Program-made: the position numbers and the translations under genes
From: Thalia democratica
Taxonomy: Eukaryota
Length of the DNA: 64,000 bases
Assembly: GCA_965202585.1 (NCBI GenBank)
Contig: OZ241826.1
Location: forward strand, 31,124,001-31,188,000
Reading direction: 5' to 3'
Shown: positions 1 through 10,749 of the stretch, one piece after another
Layout of the letters: every line of letters begins with the position of its first letter
Numbering within the stretch: the first letter of the stretch is position 1
Notes under the pieces: generated by a model
Seen by the model: the letters and a program-made list of their open reading frames with translations, nothing else
Told to the model about the DNA's origin: nothing
Database searches by the model: none

Positions 1-29
1 ATTATTTATAAGTTATTCTTACAATATGT

Positions 30-175
30 GTTGTTTATTGAAGGACAAAAAAAGGGGCTCAAGATATTTGGTCCTAGGACCTAAAGGACGATAAAATCTT
101 TCGGCTATCGAGTTGCACACCATTTGGATACCTTTTAACGTCATGTCCAGGACAAGTTTAGAAAAAGCATTTGGA
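30..175. repeat. Dispersed repeat family (TTGAAC..AAAAAA..TATTTGGTCCTAGG..CTTTCGGTTATCGAGT), also at 19955-20030 and, inverted, at 50860-51045
   Basis: Shared motifs visible at three loci; class not assignable. Confidence 0.5.
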
Positions 176-619
176 AGTATGAGATGAAAAATAAAACATA
201 AATAATATTTTTTTTTTATAAATAAAATCATTGTGTTTTTTGTCAGATAATTTTACTCTTTATTTCAATTCTTATCGTCGTTTTATGCTAATTGTTTTAT
301 AGTTTTTTTTTTGTGACTCTAAAGCTTTCTAATTATAACTTTTACTAAGTTCTATGTTAAAAATCAATTTAACTTTAAAAAAAAATTTGCATAAAAATTT
401 TTACTATATAATAAGAAGTAAAAGCTTTTTGTTTAACAACAAATAAAGCCTGGTAAAAAATACTTAATCTATATGTAAAAAAACAAAACTAAACAACATA
501 CGAAATTTTTACGTATATTGCATAGGATATGATAAATTTAAAACAAAGAGTTAAAGTAAAAACATGCTGGTGTTAATATTCTCTATGATGTTATAATTCA
601 TACTATACGGATAGTAGGC

Positions 620-1080
620 TTTAGGGGTAAACATCATATGGTAAGTGCCCGGTGGCCTAGATCCGGCCCGCTAAAAAATCTTTGGTCTGTGACGTCGGTT
701 CTAATTTTCAAAACATTTTTATTAACCCAATTTAAATAAAGTGTTTAAGGAAAATATTGTTAGTTCGCATTTATTTTTGTTTTTGGTGTGCAGCAACAGA
801 GTTTCCATAAGTAAATAATTCTCACATTTACATTGTATAAAAAAAAACTTTTTAACACAAACATTGTTTAGCGGCGATAATGGAACTTATGTCCATAGAG
901 GATATGAAAACAATTATTCTATTTGGTTACACTTTAAATATATATATCTCGATAACCGAAAGGTTTTTCGCGCACCAGATCCTAAAACCAAATACTTTGA
1001 GTACTTTTTTTTGTTGTTCAATAAACTATTATATTATTAATTTTGCCCGCAAAAGATATTTTCTTGTTATTCTGGATAGC
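620..1080. mobile_element. Probable decayed hAT-like MITE
   Basis: Starts TAGGGG, contains GATCCGGCCCGC and GCCCGCAAAAG motifs typical of non-autonomous hAT elements; similar motif at 50418-50620. Confidence 0.35.
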
Positions 1081-2212
1081 TGAGTAAAAAAATTGTGTAT
1101 ATTTAATTTACGCTGATAATTCAATAGAAAATTTAAAAAACGTTAAAAAATATATTTTTGAGAGTAAACTATATTATCTAAGTTTTCTAAAAGTTATATG
1201 TCTTAAACACATATGTAAAATGTCAAAAAACTTTTAAACCTTTCATTTAATAAAAAGTACAATTAAAAAAGGCACACAATACCTGCACAAAATAATTTAA
1301 GTTCTATAGATGAAGAATTCAGTATTCTTTATAAAACTTTATTTGTCTTAACTTTAAATATCATGCTCGAGTAATTTTATGGCGATTCGACCAAAAAAAT
1401 TTGGCAGCTTTGGTGTACAATGTGCATTGTGCAGTGCACATTCAACGTTAGTATGTGGTGCTTAATAAAAAAGTACTAAGTTGTATTTATACATTTTTTT
1501 ATTTTAGTTGTGAAAAAGTTTAAAGGTTAAGTTAAAAAATTCAAAACTGGTGAGAATGCTGTTTTATATAGTATATTTTTTAAATATATTAAAAATAGAG
1601 CGTTTTATAATTGAACGAGAACTTTAAAAACTAAATAAATTGTATTCTAAATATGTGTTTTTAAATATTATTGTTTGCTTTTTCTTTATTTATTATTTAT
1701 ACATTTATTGAAGAGTAAGCATAGCATTAATTATTTTCGAACCAACAATCCCAGCTGACTGACTTTTTTGTAAATTTTGAACTTTTTGTCCAGAAACTAA
1801 AAAAAGCCATAAATGTTAAGTTGCAAGGTTTGGTTTGCTCACTCTGTTTAACATTTTCATCAACTAAACAGTTTCGTGGAATCATCACCAAATGTAAGTT
1901 TAATTTTGACTTTATTAAAGCATATAAGTTAGTTTTCTAGTAAGGTATAAATCAAAAACTAGATTCATAGTTAATATTGAACTTTTTTAATTCAGTATTC
2001 TAAAATTTTCCAAATTTTAGTCTCAACATAATATATTGGCTTAAAATAAAAGTTATTTCCATATTACAAGTACAAAATTACTTAAAAGTAGAGTTACTTA
2101 TATTTGAAACGCATCATTTTTTCTATTTGATATTTATTATTTAATTTAGCATGGATTATTGAAGACGTAATAATATAATGCATTTTACAAATAAAATAAA
2201 TTGGCATGCTTG

Positions 2213-2598
2213 CAGGGTGCACTTAACCTGGAATTCTGAAAAACCTAAAATTTGAAATTTTGAAAAAACCTAGAAATCCACCATTTAGGCTAAGATAAAT
2301 CTGGAAAATCTGGAAATTTAGTCGATGTTTACATATTAAGCAGTAAAATTTCAATTAGAAATAACTATTTATCTTATATTTAATAATTTTTGTCATTATC
2401 AAAGTATTTTTATAAAGTGGCTTTACATTCATTATCTTTTTAATTTTTTATCAACTATTTGAAAATGTCTAATAAACTATTTAGACATTTTTTTTTACCT
2501 TACACTTAACTTGAAACTTGAAAATGTGAACTTATAAAATCCTGTAAGAAATTCAAAAAATCTGGAAAAATATTTCTAAAAAATAAGTGGACACCCTG
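2213..2598. mobile_element. MITE with CAGGGTG...CACCCTG terminal inverted repeats
   Basis: TIRs at 2213 and 2592-2598. Internal AACCTGGAA/AAAAACCTG motifs are shared with copies at 3674-4100, 4380-4748 and 18518-18935. Confidence 0.7.
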
Positions 2599-3094
2599 AG
2601 CTTGGTCACTGATTTTGGTAAGAAATCCTTTAAATGAATGTTTAAGGATCTAGGTTGGATAATTAGCTTAGTTAATAATAACAAATATTGTATAACTTCA
2701 AAACTAAGTATTCAAACTAAAACTAAGATATTGTCCACAAAAAGTTATTCACAGTGCAGATACCTGCACATTTGCTAATTTTCATTTCAGTGATGTGTCT
2801 TACTGAATTAAGTATTAATTTTATATGTCATAAAGAATTAGTATGTCCTTTTAGCTTAAAAAATATTCATTATGAAAAAAAAAACATTTTAATCCTAGTA
2901 AACTATTCAATTCAACCAACAGTATTTATGCTAATAGTAAAGGCCAAAGTTTTAGGTTTTAATACTTACATTGTAATAAAACATTAATTATTTTTTGAAA
3001 ACTAGTGTTTTTTATTAGTTTTTCTTTGCTCATTAAAATAACTTTATTCACCAAAGGATTATTTATTTTAAGAATCATCATTATTTAGAAATTA

Positions 3095-3205
3095 AAGGCC
3101 TTTAAAGTTACATGCAGATAATTAAATAGAAAACTGAGAATTGCCTGGGATATACAATAACATGACTTGTTCTTATGGGGATTGTGACAACTCCATGTTA
3201 CAAAA
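3095..3205 (+). ncRNA. Candidate H/ACA snoRNA
   Basis: H-like ATACAA at 3152, 3' hairpin closed by AACATG/CATGTT, ACA at 3200; 5' hairpin weak; no target found. Confidence 0.3.
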
Positions 3206-3673
3206 ATCAAAATTTTTCACTTTTATTGCTTGGAAATTAATATAAAACTTTAAGTTGTTATTAAACTTATTTTAATCATATTAATAATTTTCAGATAGTG
3301 CCAAACAATAGAAATGAAGTCTAAGAACTCACTACCCCAGTTGCACCACAAGTTAGTATTACTTTTTTTACAATCATCTTTGTTATATTGACATAGAATG
3401 ATCTTGATATTCAATTTACATTGTTTTATACATTATTCAAACTTAAATATGCATCTAACATGGTTAATTTGATAGTTGTACAGTGTTTTGCAAGCAGGCT
3501 AAATCAGTTTTGTTTTATTTGCAAAATATCAGTTTTTTTTAATTTTTCTTTCTTGAAAATTTTAAAACTTCAGTATATGTCATTTCAAATGCTTGAAAAC
3601 TTAAAATAAATTGAGTTATTTTTATTTACCTAAGGTAAATCTTATTAAGATGTGAATTTATTTTTAAGTATTA

Positions 3674-4100
3674 ACATGGCTGCCAAAAAACCTGGAATCT
3701 GGAATTTGATAATTAAGATTAAAAAACCTGGAGTTAGATAATTTTTGTTTATTTTTTTTTGAATTTTGAACAAAAATCATTCAAAAACCTGGAATTTTGA
3801 ACAGTAGTCACTAAAAATTCTGGAAAAACCTGAGATTGTAAATAACTTTTACATGTTAAGTAGTAGAATTTAAATTTTACACAAAAAAATTATCATATAA
3901 ATGACATTTATTTGTCATCATTTAAGGTTTTGTATTAAAAAACTCATTTAAGTATCTTTTCAATGTTTTTATACCATTTAAATAGTTTTGTACCTTAATC
4001 TTTTTCAAACTAAAATAAACCTAAACATATACTTTTATAGACATGGAGGTTACTTTTTAAGTACTGGATAAAACTTTCAAAAAACCAGTGGCAACTCTTT
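3674..4100. mobile_element. Partial copy of the CAGGGTTG MITE family
   Basis: AAAAACCTGGAA motifs and CAGTGGCAACTC end. Confidence 0.55.
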
Positions 4101-4379
4101 TTAATCATTGATCATTTGGTCATTTTCCCCTTTTTATGTATACTGATATAAAGCAAAATTTTCTAAAGTAATTTGCTTTAGCATGCTTAAAGTTAGGAAG
4201 CTTATTTTTTTTATACTGTCTTTTTATGTGATTTTCCAGTGTTAAAAAATTTGACCAAGCAAAATTTCAAAACTTTCATTTTTGAGAGGTAGCAGATGCA
4301 CTCTAATGTACACATGTGACTAACAATAAACTAAATAATTTAAATATCAATCATCAACTTATTAAAGATCATTTTAAAA

Positions 4380-4748
4380 CAGGGTTGTTACTTAACCTGA
4401 AAACCTGGAAAAACCTGGAATTTTTATCAATTTTAACATGTTCAGTAGTAAAATTTTACTTGACACTAAAAATCTATTGCATAGATAAAATTTTTTTATA
4501 AAAAAAAAGATTTTAGTAGCTTTACAGTATCTTTTTAATGTAACTATTTTTTTTATACTATTTAACACAGATATCTTAATTTAACCTGAAAACCCATAAA
4601 AGCATGGAATTTGAGAAATTAAAAAAACCTAGAGTTTTAACAATTTTCACATGTTCAGTAGTAAAATTTTGATTTCACTCAAAACATTTATTATATAAAT
4701 AAATAAAAATTGTCTTCATCCATATTTTTTAAATGAGTGGCAACCCTG
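4380..4748. mobile_element. MITE CAGGGTTG...GGCAACCCTG
   Basis: TIRs CAGGGTTG (4380) and CAACCCTG (4741-4748); internal motifs as at 2213-2598. Confidence 0.7.
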
Positions 4749-4762
4749 CACATATCATTTTA

Positions 4763-4890
4763 GGCATGCATTTTGTTAAAACTTGAAACTTTTTCTATGA
4801 TTAATCAAGTGTAGCTTGTATGCAAAATTAAGATAATTCTGAAACCTGCTATAGCAGTGGTTTTCAAATTGCCAAAAAAATCATTGAAAT
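4763..4890 (+). ncRNA. Candidate H/ACA snoRNA
   Basis: 5' hairpin GCATGCA/TGTATGC with CTTGA/TCAAG upper stem, H box AAATTA, second hairpin TGAAACC..GGTTTTCA; no clear ACA box or target. Confidence 0.3.
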
Positions 4891-5085
4891 TTTAATAAAA
4901 TGCAGTAACTATTTTTCATTTAACAAAATAAAATTACAACAAACTAACATTGTCAAAATTAAAAAAAAAAATATTTTTTAGAATTGAAGACAAAATGAAA
5001 GGCTTTGCCCTTTAGAACACAAGGAGTTGTGGATAAATATTTTGTGGTTAGTTGTTAAAATTTATGCAAAAAGTTTTTTTTATGC

Positions 5086-5146
5086 AAATAATGATGACTT
5101 TGTGCACCACTCTTTTAAATAAACACCACTAATTCTAGTCTAAACT
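5086..5146 (+). pseudogene. Decayed C/D snoRNA relic (U32/snR40-like guide)
   Basis: C box ATGATGA at 5091; GTGCACCACT pairs with 18S GGUGGUGCAU; D'/D boxes degenerate (CTTT, CTAA). Confidence 0.35.
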
Positions 5147-5262
5147 CTTTTTTTTATTCAGATTACTGGTTCACTCTCAGCTGTGATGAAAGTGATGAAA
5201 GACAATTTCCTGTGGCTCTTTAAGGTATGTGAAATTTTTTTGAAATGACAAATTAATTTTAA

Positions 5263-5326
5263 AGCTTTGATGACAATTTAGAAGCGCTTGCATATACTAT
5301 TGATGACTTCTCTATCCCACTGAGCA
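5263..5326 (+). ncRNA. Box C/D snoRNA, orphan
   Basis: C TTGATGA 5267, internal C' TGATGA, D CTGA 5320, short GC/GC terminal stem; no rRNA target recognised. Confidence 0.65.
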
Positions 5327-5531
5327 TAATAAGAAATGTAACAGTTTTTAATACCTACTTATCATACATTAATATTCAAAACCTATATTTTACAGAAAAG
5401 AACAGCCCAATTACCAGACTAGAGCAAGGAAAGTGCAAAACTGTCAGTAGTTAGTTTTACCTTAATTTTTTCCTGAGTTTTATTTTATTTAGTAACAATA
5501 AATGGTTATTTGAGATTTAGAGATATTATAT

Positions 5532-5652
5532 TGCAAATAAGTTCCAAACCTTAAATTAATTAAGTATTTGGCGTTCCCTTTGCAAAAATTAAAAATCTTG
5601 GCTTGCTATGTGTTTTTCACCAGCTTAGTTGAGTTTAGTTGAGCCAACATAC
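5532..5652 (+). ncRNA. H/ACA snoRNA, SNORA10/snR37-like (28S psi2944 yeast equivalent), divergent 3' end
   Basis: 5' hairpin GCAAA/TTTGC with pocket AGTT + CGTTCCC pairing 28S GGGAACG-UG-AGCU; H box AAATTA; ACA at 5647. Confidence 0.7.
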
Positions 5653-5730
5653 AGCTTGTTTACATAAGAGGTTGCAGTAAAGGTGTAAAGGTTAGAAATA
5701 GTTAATCAGATATGAAAGTTTTTTAGTTAT

Positions 5731-5800
5731 AAACAATGATGAGAATAACTTCTGGTCCGTGTTTTTGACAACAAATGACAACATAAGAAGCTCTGATAAA
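5731..5800 (+). ncRNA. SNORD18: U18/snR18 C/D snoRNA (28S Am649 yeast equivalent)
   Basis: C ATGATGA 5736; guide TGGTCCGTGTTT complementary to 28S AAACACGGACCA followed by D' TTGA; D CTGA 5793. Confidence 0.85.
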
Positions 5801-5947
5801 ATAATAAAATTGAATAAATTTATGATAAATTTATTTATTTATTTTTTCAACACTATTTTCATTACAGAATCAACTGAGTCAGTTCCTTGTGTTCATCAAC
5901 TTCTCATAAAAAAGGTAGATGATGATATATTATAAAATAATACATTA

Positions 5948-6079
5948 TGTCCTCAAAAAAGCACCATTATAATACATATATTACTTGTGGTTGTCGAAAG
6001 GGACTAAATTAATTGTTATATTTGTGGGTGAGTTGGTAAATTTATGTATTTGCTTGACTCAAGAATATAACATACATTT
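5948..6079 (+). ncRNA. H/ACA snoRNA guiding 28S psi2865 (5' hairpin) and psi2923 (3' hairpin), yeast numbering
   Basis: Pockets AAAAAGC/TGTCG pair CGACG-UU-GCUUUUU; GTGGGTG/CAA pair UUG-UU-CACCCAC. Both pockets are 14 nt from box H (AAATTA) or ACA (6074). Confidence 0.8.
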
Positions 6080-6258
6080 CAATTTATAATACTAATACTT
6101 ATAATAAGCCTTCTACAATGAATTCATTTTAAATCCAAATATTTCTACAGAAGCTGAGCACTACAGAAGTGGATTCAAACTCTTCTCAAAGATTGAAAGT
6201 TTTAACTATGAGATACTAACTGGTGAGTATTGTATAGTGATTTTATAATATTTTCTAA

Positions 6259-6325
6259 AAGCAATGATGATGTTTTGATAGGGACAACTGAAATATTCTG
6301 TGATTATTTATCGTTTTCTGAGCTT
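6259..6325 (+). ncRNA. SNORD74: U74/snR64 C/D snoRNA (28S Cm2337 yeast equivalent)
   Basis: C 6264; GATAGGGACA-A-CTGA pairs 28S UGUCCCUAUC; D CTGA 6318; AAGC/GCTT stem. Confidence 0.85.
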
Positions 6326-6532
6326 ATAACTTCAAAGTTGATTTTTTTGCTCAAATTATGCTCAAATTTATGCTTAAACATAAATATTTTTATAGATCGC
6401 AATCAGAACAAACCATCACAAAACCGTAAAAAACATTGTAAAAAACCACATAAAACGAGATTGTGAGCAAGATGAAAAGTTGTTGTAAGTTTTTTTAGTT
6501 AATGCTACAGAGATTAAATTAAAATAAAGTTA

Positions 6533-6600
6533 ATTATATGATGAGATTAAAGGCATAGTTCACCTGAATTAATGGGATGACAACTTACTTTGCTGAATAA
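6533..6600 (+). ncRNA. SNORD77: U77/U80/snR60-like C/D snoRNA (28S Am817 yeast equivalent)
   Basis: C 6538; AGGCATAGTTCAC-CTGA pairs 28S GUGAACUAUGCCU; D CTGA 6593. Confidence 0.8.
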
Positions 6601-6760
6601 ACATATTGTATTGATAACAAGTTATAATTTTATATACAATGTACCAACTGTTGTTCATTTTCAGACATCTTCTCATGAAATCTTTTGATGTGACAAGACA
6701 AAAATGCCAACCTGTTCATTTTTGGTAAGTCTTGTCATGAGAATAATAACAATAATTTTA

Positions 6761-6853
6761 AGTAGCTGATGATGTTAACTTAATTCTGCCAAATGTATGT
6801 AATTTTTAGTAGGATTTGCAAATGATATGAACTACCGTTTTAAACTGAAGCTT
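6761..6853 (+). ncRNA. SNORD47: U47 C/D snoRNA (28S Cm3866 human equivalent)
   Basis: C CTGATGA 6766; ATTCTGCCAA-ATGT pairs 28S UUGGCAGAAU as in vertebrate U47 (GATTCTGCCAAATGA); D CTGA 6845. Confidence 0.75.
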
Positions 6854-7013
6854 CTTAAAACATATATCACTATTTTTTCATGTTTTTTTTTGTAAGCAAT
6901 CTTCAATACTAACTACTTCTAACAGGTATCCTGTACCCAAGGCCTGCATTTGTAGCATCAACTCTGGGCTCAATAGGTAAAAATGATTTATCAAATTTGT
7001 TAATATAGTAAAT

Positions 7014-7093
7014 TTAGTCACAAGATGATTTGAATAGTAACAGCAGCATTTTGCAATGTAGACCGTGATCTATCACCCTTTTCTGATGGCTAA
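7014..7093 (+). ncRNA. Box C/D snoRNA, predicted 28S target AGAGGGUGAUAG
   Basis: 7-bp terminal stem TTAGTCA/TGGCTAA, C-like AAGATGA, D CTGA 7083, guide CTATCACCCT. Confidence 0.6.
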
Positions 7094-7268
7094 AATTAAA
7101 TATTTATATTTAAGTTTTTTAATAAGTTACTAAATTGAATATTTTTAACAGCATATAAGACTCGGTGAATGCTTCTTAACAAGTTCAGAAGTTGTGACGT
7201 AGAAAGAAAACTTGTCTTCAAAGGTGAGATCATAGATTGTTATTAGAATATATTCTTAAGTTTAAATC

Positions 7269-7361
7269 AACTGCAATGATGATGTTTCCACGTTCGCAGT
7301 TTCCACTGAATACTTTTTAAGTAAATGACAGCGAAAATCTTCCTTGGATGTCTGAGCAGTT
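7269..7361 (+). ncRNA. SNORD14: U14 snoRNA copy 1
   Basis: Domain A CGTTCGCAGTTTCCA and domain B CTTCCTTGGATGT-CTGA (18S Cm414 yeast / Cm462 human); AACTGC/GCAGTT stem. Confidence 0.95.
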
Positions 7362-7579
7362 ATAGCATGCACTAATGTATAAGATAAAAAGTTAGTGGTT
7401 TATAAATTAAATAATGTAGTTTATAAATCAATTACAGATTGTTGGATAAAGCATTGTTGGAGCTACAGCTATCCTATCTGTTTGATGACTTAACTTCTCC
7501 CTCCCTACCCGACCTTTTATAAAAGTAGGTATAAATTTTAAACTTTTATTTAGTACATTAAATAATTTCTCTTTTAAAA

Positions 7580-7654
7580 AAGCATTGATGATAATTTCTG
7601 TCAATCCCCTGAAATGAGATTTTCCATGTTGAAAAATGCTAACTTTCTGAGCTT
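7580..7654 (+). ncRNA. SNORD110: SNORD110 (HBII-55)-like C/D snoRNA (18S Um1288 human equivalent), copy 1
   Basis: TCTGTCAATCCC-CTGA pairs 18S GGAUUGACAGA; C TTGATGA 7585; D 7647. Confidence 0.85.
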
Positions 7655-7851
7655 AAAAACTAAAATCTAATTAATTGTTTACTGTTTTACATCTTGTAAA
7701 CTAAATTAAATGCTGTTATATATGAAAACACAGATGCAGTAAGAAGTTGATGTTAAGACAGAACTGACGAATGGTCATTACTTCAAATAATCAATGAACC
7801 ACAGCATATGAGTGCCAGGTAAGACATTTTATATTTTGAAAAAAAAGTAAA

Positions 7852-7963
7852 CGCAAATAAGTTCCAAAGCTTTATTTAATTGAGTATTTGGCGTTCCCTT
7901 TGCGAAAATTAAAATTCTTGGCTTGCTATGTGTTTTTCACCAGCTTAAATGTGATCTACATAC
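7852..7963 (+). ncRNA. SNORA10/snR37-like H/ACA snoRNA, copy 2
   Basis: As 5532; H AAATTA, ACA 7958. The 3' pocket TTCTTGGC could pair 18S GCCAAGAA, but the spacing is non-canonical. Confidence 0.8.
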
Positions 7964-8157
7964 GTTGTCAATTGACATTTTATTACTAGAATTAATTTTT
8001 ATATTTATTCTTACTTGACCATTAAATCGAAAAAAGTTTTAATTGACCCCAACTTTTAGAATTTCCTTGTGTTTCTTCAGAGCAAGCATGAGTCCATCCC
8101 AGTTTTAATGTGAATTTAAATTATAAGTTAAAAAAATAAATTTTTTCAAGTACTATT

Positions 8158-8218
8158 AAACATGATAGAAAATTTTTGTATCTGATTTTACTGATGATAC
8201 ACCCAGCTCTCTGAAAAC
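8158..8218 (+). ncRNA. snR69-like C/D snoRNA (28S Cm2948 yeast equivalent), copy 1
   Basis: ACCCAGCTC-T-CTGA pairs 28S GAGCUGGGU; D' CTGA, C' CTGATGA; C box degenerate (ATGATAG). Confidence 0.7.
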
Positions 8219-8402
8219 TAATAAAAAAATCAGCTTTAAGAAAAAATTGTTAAATCATCAATGAAAAACCTTTTCTTTTTCAGATACCTGCCAGAAACCA
8301 CCAAAAAAGATCAAAGACATCAGAGCAGTTGTCCACAGTTTACTTTCAGAGGTAAGTATAATTTTATATTGTAATATGTACATTTATAATATTAATATAA
8401 AT

Positions 8403-8468
8403 TGTGAATGATGACTTCAATGTCGCCCCAGTCTGAATATATTATGACGACTGACTTGTTCTGAAACT
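8403..8468 (+). ncRNA. SNORD31: U31/snR67 C/D snoRNA (28S Gm2619 yeast equivalent), copy 1
   Basis: GTCGCCCCAGT-CTGA pairs 28S ACUGGGGCGGU; C 8408; D 8461. Confidence 0.85.
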
Positions 8469-8623
8469 AAATTTGAAATTGTTAAAAATGAAAACTTTTA
8501 CTTACATGTTTTTATTAAATTAAATTTTCAGATCCATTTTCTCAAACACCCAAAATGAAACAGAGTCATCATTAAAAATAGTAAGTTCTTGAATTGATAT
8601 TTTGTTATTTAGTCAAAATTTTT

Positions 8624-8750
8624 TGCTAAAATGATGAAAAACCTTGTGTATGAGTGAATCAGTTATTTGTCATTAAGCTAGAAATAGCTGAACCCAATGA
8701 CAAGGCTGTTTTGCTAAGATTTTAAATGGTTTATTACCAGTCTAATAGCA
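8624..8750 (+). ncRNA. Long orphan C/D RNA with internal GAAA-capped hairpin, copy 1 (D box CTAA)
   Basis: C ATGATGA 8631; GCTA/TAGC terminal stem; internal stem CAGTT..TTGTCATT..AGCTA-GAAA-TAGCT..AATGACAA..GGCTG; conserved in 3 copies. Confidence 0.65.
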
Positions 8751-8923
8751 TTTATTAAAGTTTTAAAGTATGTTAACTTGTAACAAATTAAAAAGCATAA
8801 CTTAATTACAGGCAGCAACTGATGATTTAAGATACTTACTCTAACCAGCATCAGTTTCCAACATTTGTGAAGGTTAGTATTTTGGTTGTTTACATTAATC
8901 AAATGTTTAAAAGTAATCAATAA

Positions 8924-9016
8924 AACTGCAATGATGATGTTTCCACGTTCGCAGTTTCCACTGAATACTTTTTAAGTAAATGACAGCGTAAATCTTCCTT
9001 GGATGTCTGAGCAGTT
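8924..9016 (+). ncRNA. SNORD14: U14 snoRNA copy 2
   Basis: Near-identical to 7269-7361. Confidence 0.95.
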
Positions 9017-9183
9017 ATAGTAAAACTAAACTTGAATTTTTTATATTTATGTACTGTTGAATGAATTAACTTATATTAAGCAGTTACTTTTAATTACAGA
9101 ATTTTGAGTGGTGCAGCTTGAAACTTCCTTTCCATATATAAACAAAGTGAGCTGCGTTTTAGTTTTATTTGATATAATAAACT

Positions 9184-9257
9184 GTTGTATGACGACAAAA
9201 TTTCGCTCTCCTGAATAACTTTAATGTTGATAAACCAATATGATTACTTCTGACAAC
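9184..9257 (+). ncRNA. Box C/D snoRNA, possible 18S 5'-end target
   Basis: GTTG/CAAC stem, C ATGACGA, D' CTGA, D CTGA 9250; guide ATATGATTACT pairs 18S AGUAGUCAUAU. Confidence 0.65.
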
Positions 9258-9436
9258 AAACATGATGTAGAAATAAATATTCTCTCAATTTTCTCTGAAC
9301 GACCAAATAAAAAAAATAATTTTACACAGGTGCTTCAAAACTGTTCATGCTTGCAAAGAGTGCCACAGAATACTCAAGTTAGATCAACTAAGTTTGTTCT
9401 AAGACTATTTCAGATTAAATAATTTATTTAGTAAAA

Positions 9437-9505
9437 GCTTAAATGATTATATTTAGTTATCCCTGTCATACGAATTCAATGGTGAAGACATCTCAATGAT
9501 TAAGC
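9437..9505 (+). ncRNA. SNORD1: snR38/SNORD1-like C/D snoRNA (28S Gm2815 yeast equivalent)
   Basis: AGTTATCCCTGT pairs 28S ACAGGGAUAACU; GCTTAA/TTAAGC stem; boxes non-canonical (C ATGATTA, D' CATA, D ATGA). Confidence 0.7.
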
Positions 9506-9701
9506 AAGCTACTTATATATTGTAAACATACAAGTTTAACAATTCCAGTGTTTAAATGTTAAATATACTTTTTAGGTTTGAAGAAAATTTCTGACAAACG
9601 AGCACACATCAGCTTGAATCGGTGAATTAGAAAACAATGGATCATAATAGACAACAGGCTGGAAGGTGAGAATTAAAATTTGTTATACATTTAATTGTCA
9701 T

Positions 9702-9790
9702 AACACTCAATGATGATTGAAATATTTGTTATTATGAAAAACAAGGTTTTAATGCTGACATATTTTTCACCAAGATCGCTGACATGTGTT
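9702..9790 (+). ncRNA. SNORD24: U24/snR24 C/D snoRNA (28S Cm1437 and the 1449-1451 region)
   Basis: CACCAAGATCG-CTGA and AATATTTGTTAT guides as in U24; AACAC/GTGTT stem. Confidence 0.85.
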
Positions 9791-9954
9791 TTGCAATTAA
9801 GTTCACTTAAAAGTTTTTAACATAAGTATGCTTAATTTTGTATATTTTTACAGATCAACGGTTGGTAGCTCAGTTGGCTGATTAATCAAAGTTTTCCTAT
9901 GGTCAATATAAGCAAGTACGTAACCTCTTTATTATTATGTATTGTAATTCATTT

Positions 9955-10081
9955 TTCTAGTTCTTCAATTTCTCATTTATGTTGGAAGGATTCGCTAAAA
10001 TGATAAATAAAACGAAAGCTTTTACCAAGCCATCACCAACTTTTCTTGTGTTGTTTGATGGAAGTCTGCTTTTCGACATGT
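9955..10081 (+). ncRNA. Candidate H/ACA snoRNA, target unknown
   Basis: 3' hairpin CGAAAGC..CCATCA/TGATGG..GCTTTTCG followed by ACA 10076; H-like AAATGA; short 5' hairpin. Confidence 0.5.
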
Positions 10082-10382
10082 TTATATAAAAACAAAGAAA
10101 TATGTTATATATTTGACCGATAAAAATAAAGACTATGTACCCATTATTTTAGAGTCTAAATAGTTATACAACTTGAATAGATATATGACCAGTTTAATAA
10201 AAATTCCAGTATAAATTGACCATTTCTTGTTTTAAATATTGACTCCAGTTTTTTTAACAGTTAGTGGAGAACTACCGAACTAAGAAACCACCACCAGAAA
10301 AAAGTTTTGTTCAAAACAATTAAAAGGTTAGATTGTTGATTGTATTTGTTGTTATTGGAGCAATATTATTCATGTTACTAAT

Positions 10383-10475
10383 ACTGCAATGATGATGTTT
10401 CCACGTTCGCAGTTTCCACTGAATACTTTTTAAAAGTAAATGACAGCGAAAATCTTCCTTGGATGTCTGAGCAGT
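10383..10475 (+). ncRNA. SNORD14: U14 snoRNA copy 3
   Basis: Domains A and B intact. Confidence 0.95.
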
Positions 10476-10674
10476 TTTATATTTATATAAAAAGATTGCC
10501 ATTTACGAAAAACGTAGTTTAAATTAGAAGGCTATCATTATTTATAATTAATTATAGGAGCAATTTTGAAGCCACAACCCATGTTCTTCGTTATGATGAG
10601 ATCGCTACATCCCAAACAACTTCATACAAGAGTAAGTTTAACTTATAAAATATTTTTCTGTTAATGTTTCATCA

Positions 10675-10749
10675 AAGCAATGATGATATTTTCAGTCAAT
10701 CCCCTGAAATGAGATTTTTAATGTTGAAGATTGCTAACTTTCTGAGCTT
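10675..10749 (+). ncRNA. SNORD110: SNORD110-like copy 2
   Basis: GTCAATCCC-CTGA guide (one substitution, TCAGTC); C and D boxes intact. Confidence 0.8.

Noticed and set aside
660-700. GC-rich patch with TGACGTC (CRE-like) as host promoter
   Set aside because: Lies inside a probable hAT-like MITE; no independent evidence.
2598-2740. Possible H/ACA snoRNA (ATCCTTTA/TTAAGGAT hairpin, ACA near 2737)
   Set aside because: Overlaps a likely donor (GTAAGA 2618); the second hairpin is weak and no target was found.
5162-5449. Protein-coding reading of host exons (exon 5162-5224 is open for 21 codons)
   Set aside because: The next exon introduces a stop (TAG near 5420) and paralogous exons show frame-breaking indels.
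9196-9214. U80-like Gm908 guide (TTTCGCTCTC)
   Set aside because: The register places D'+5 on a different G, and pairing relies on wobbles.
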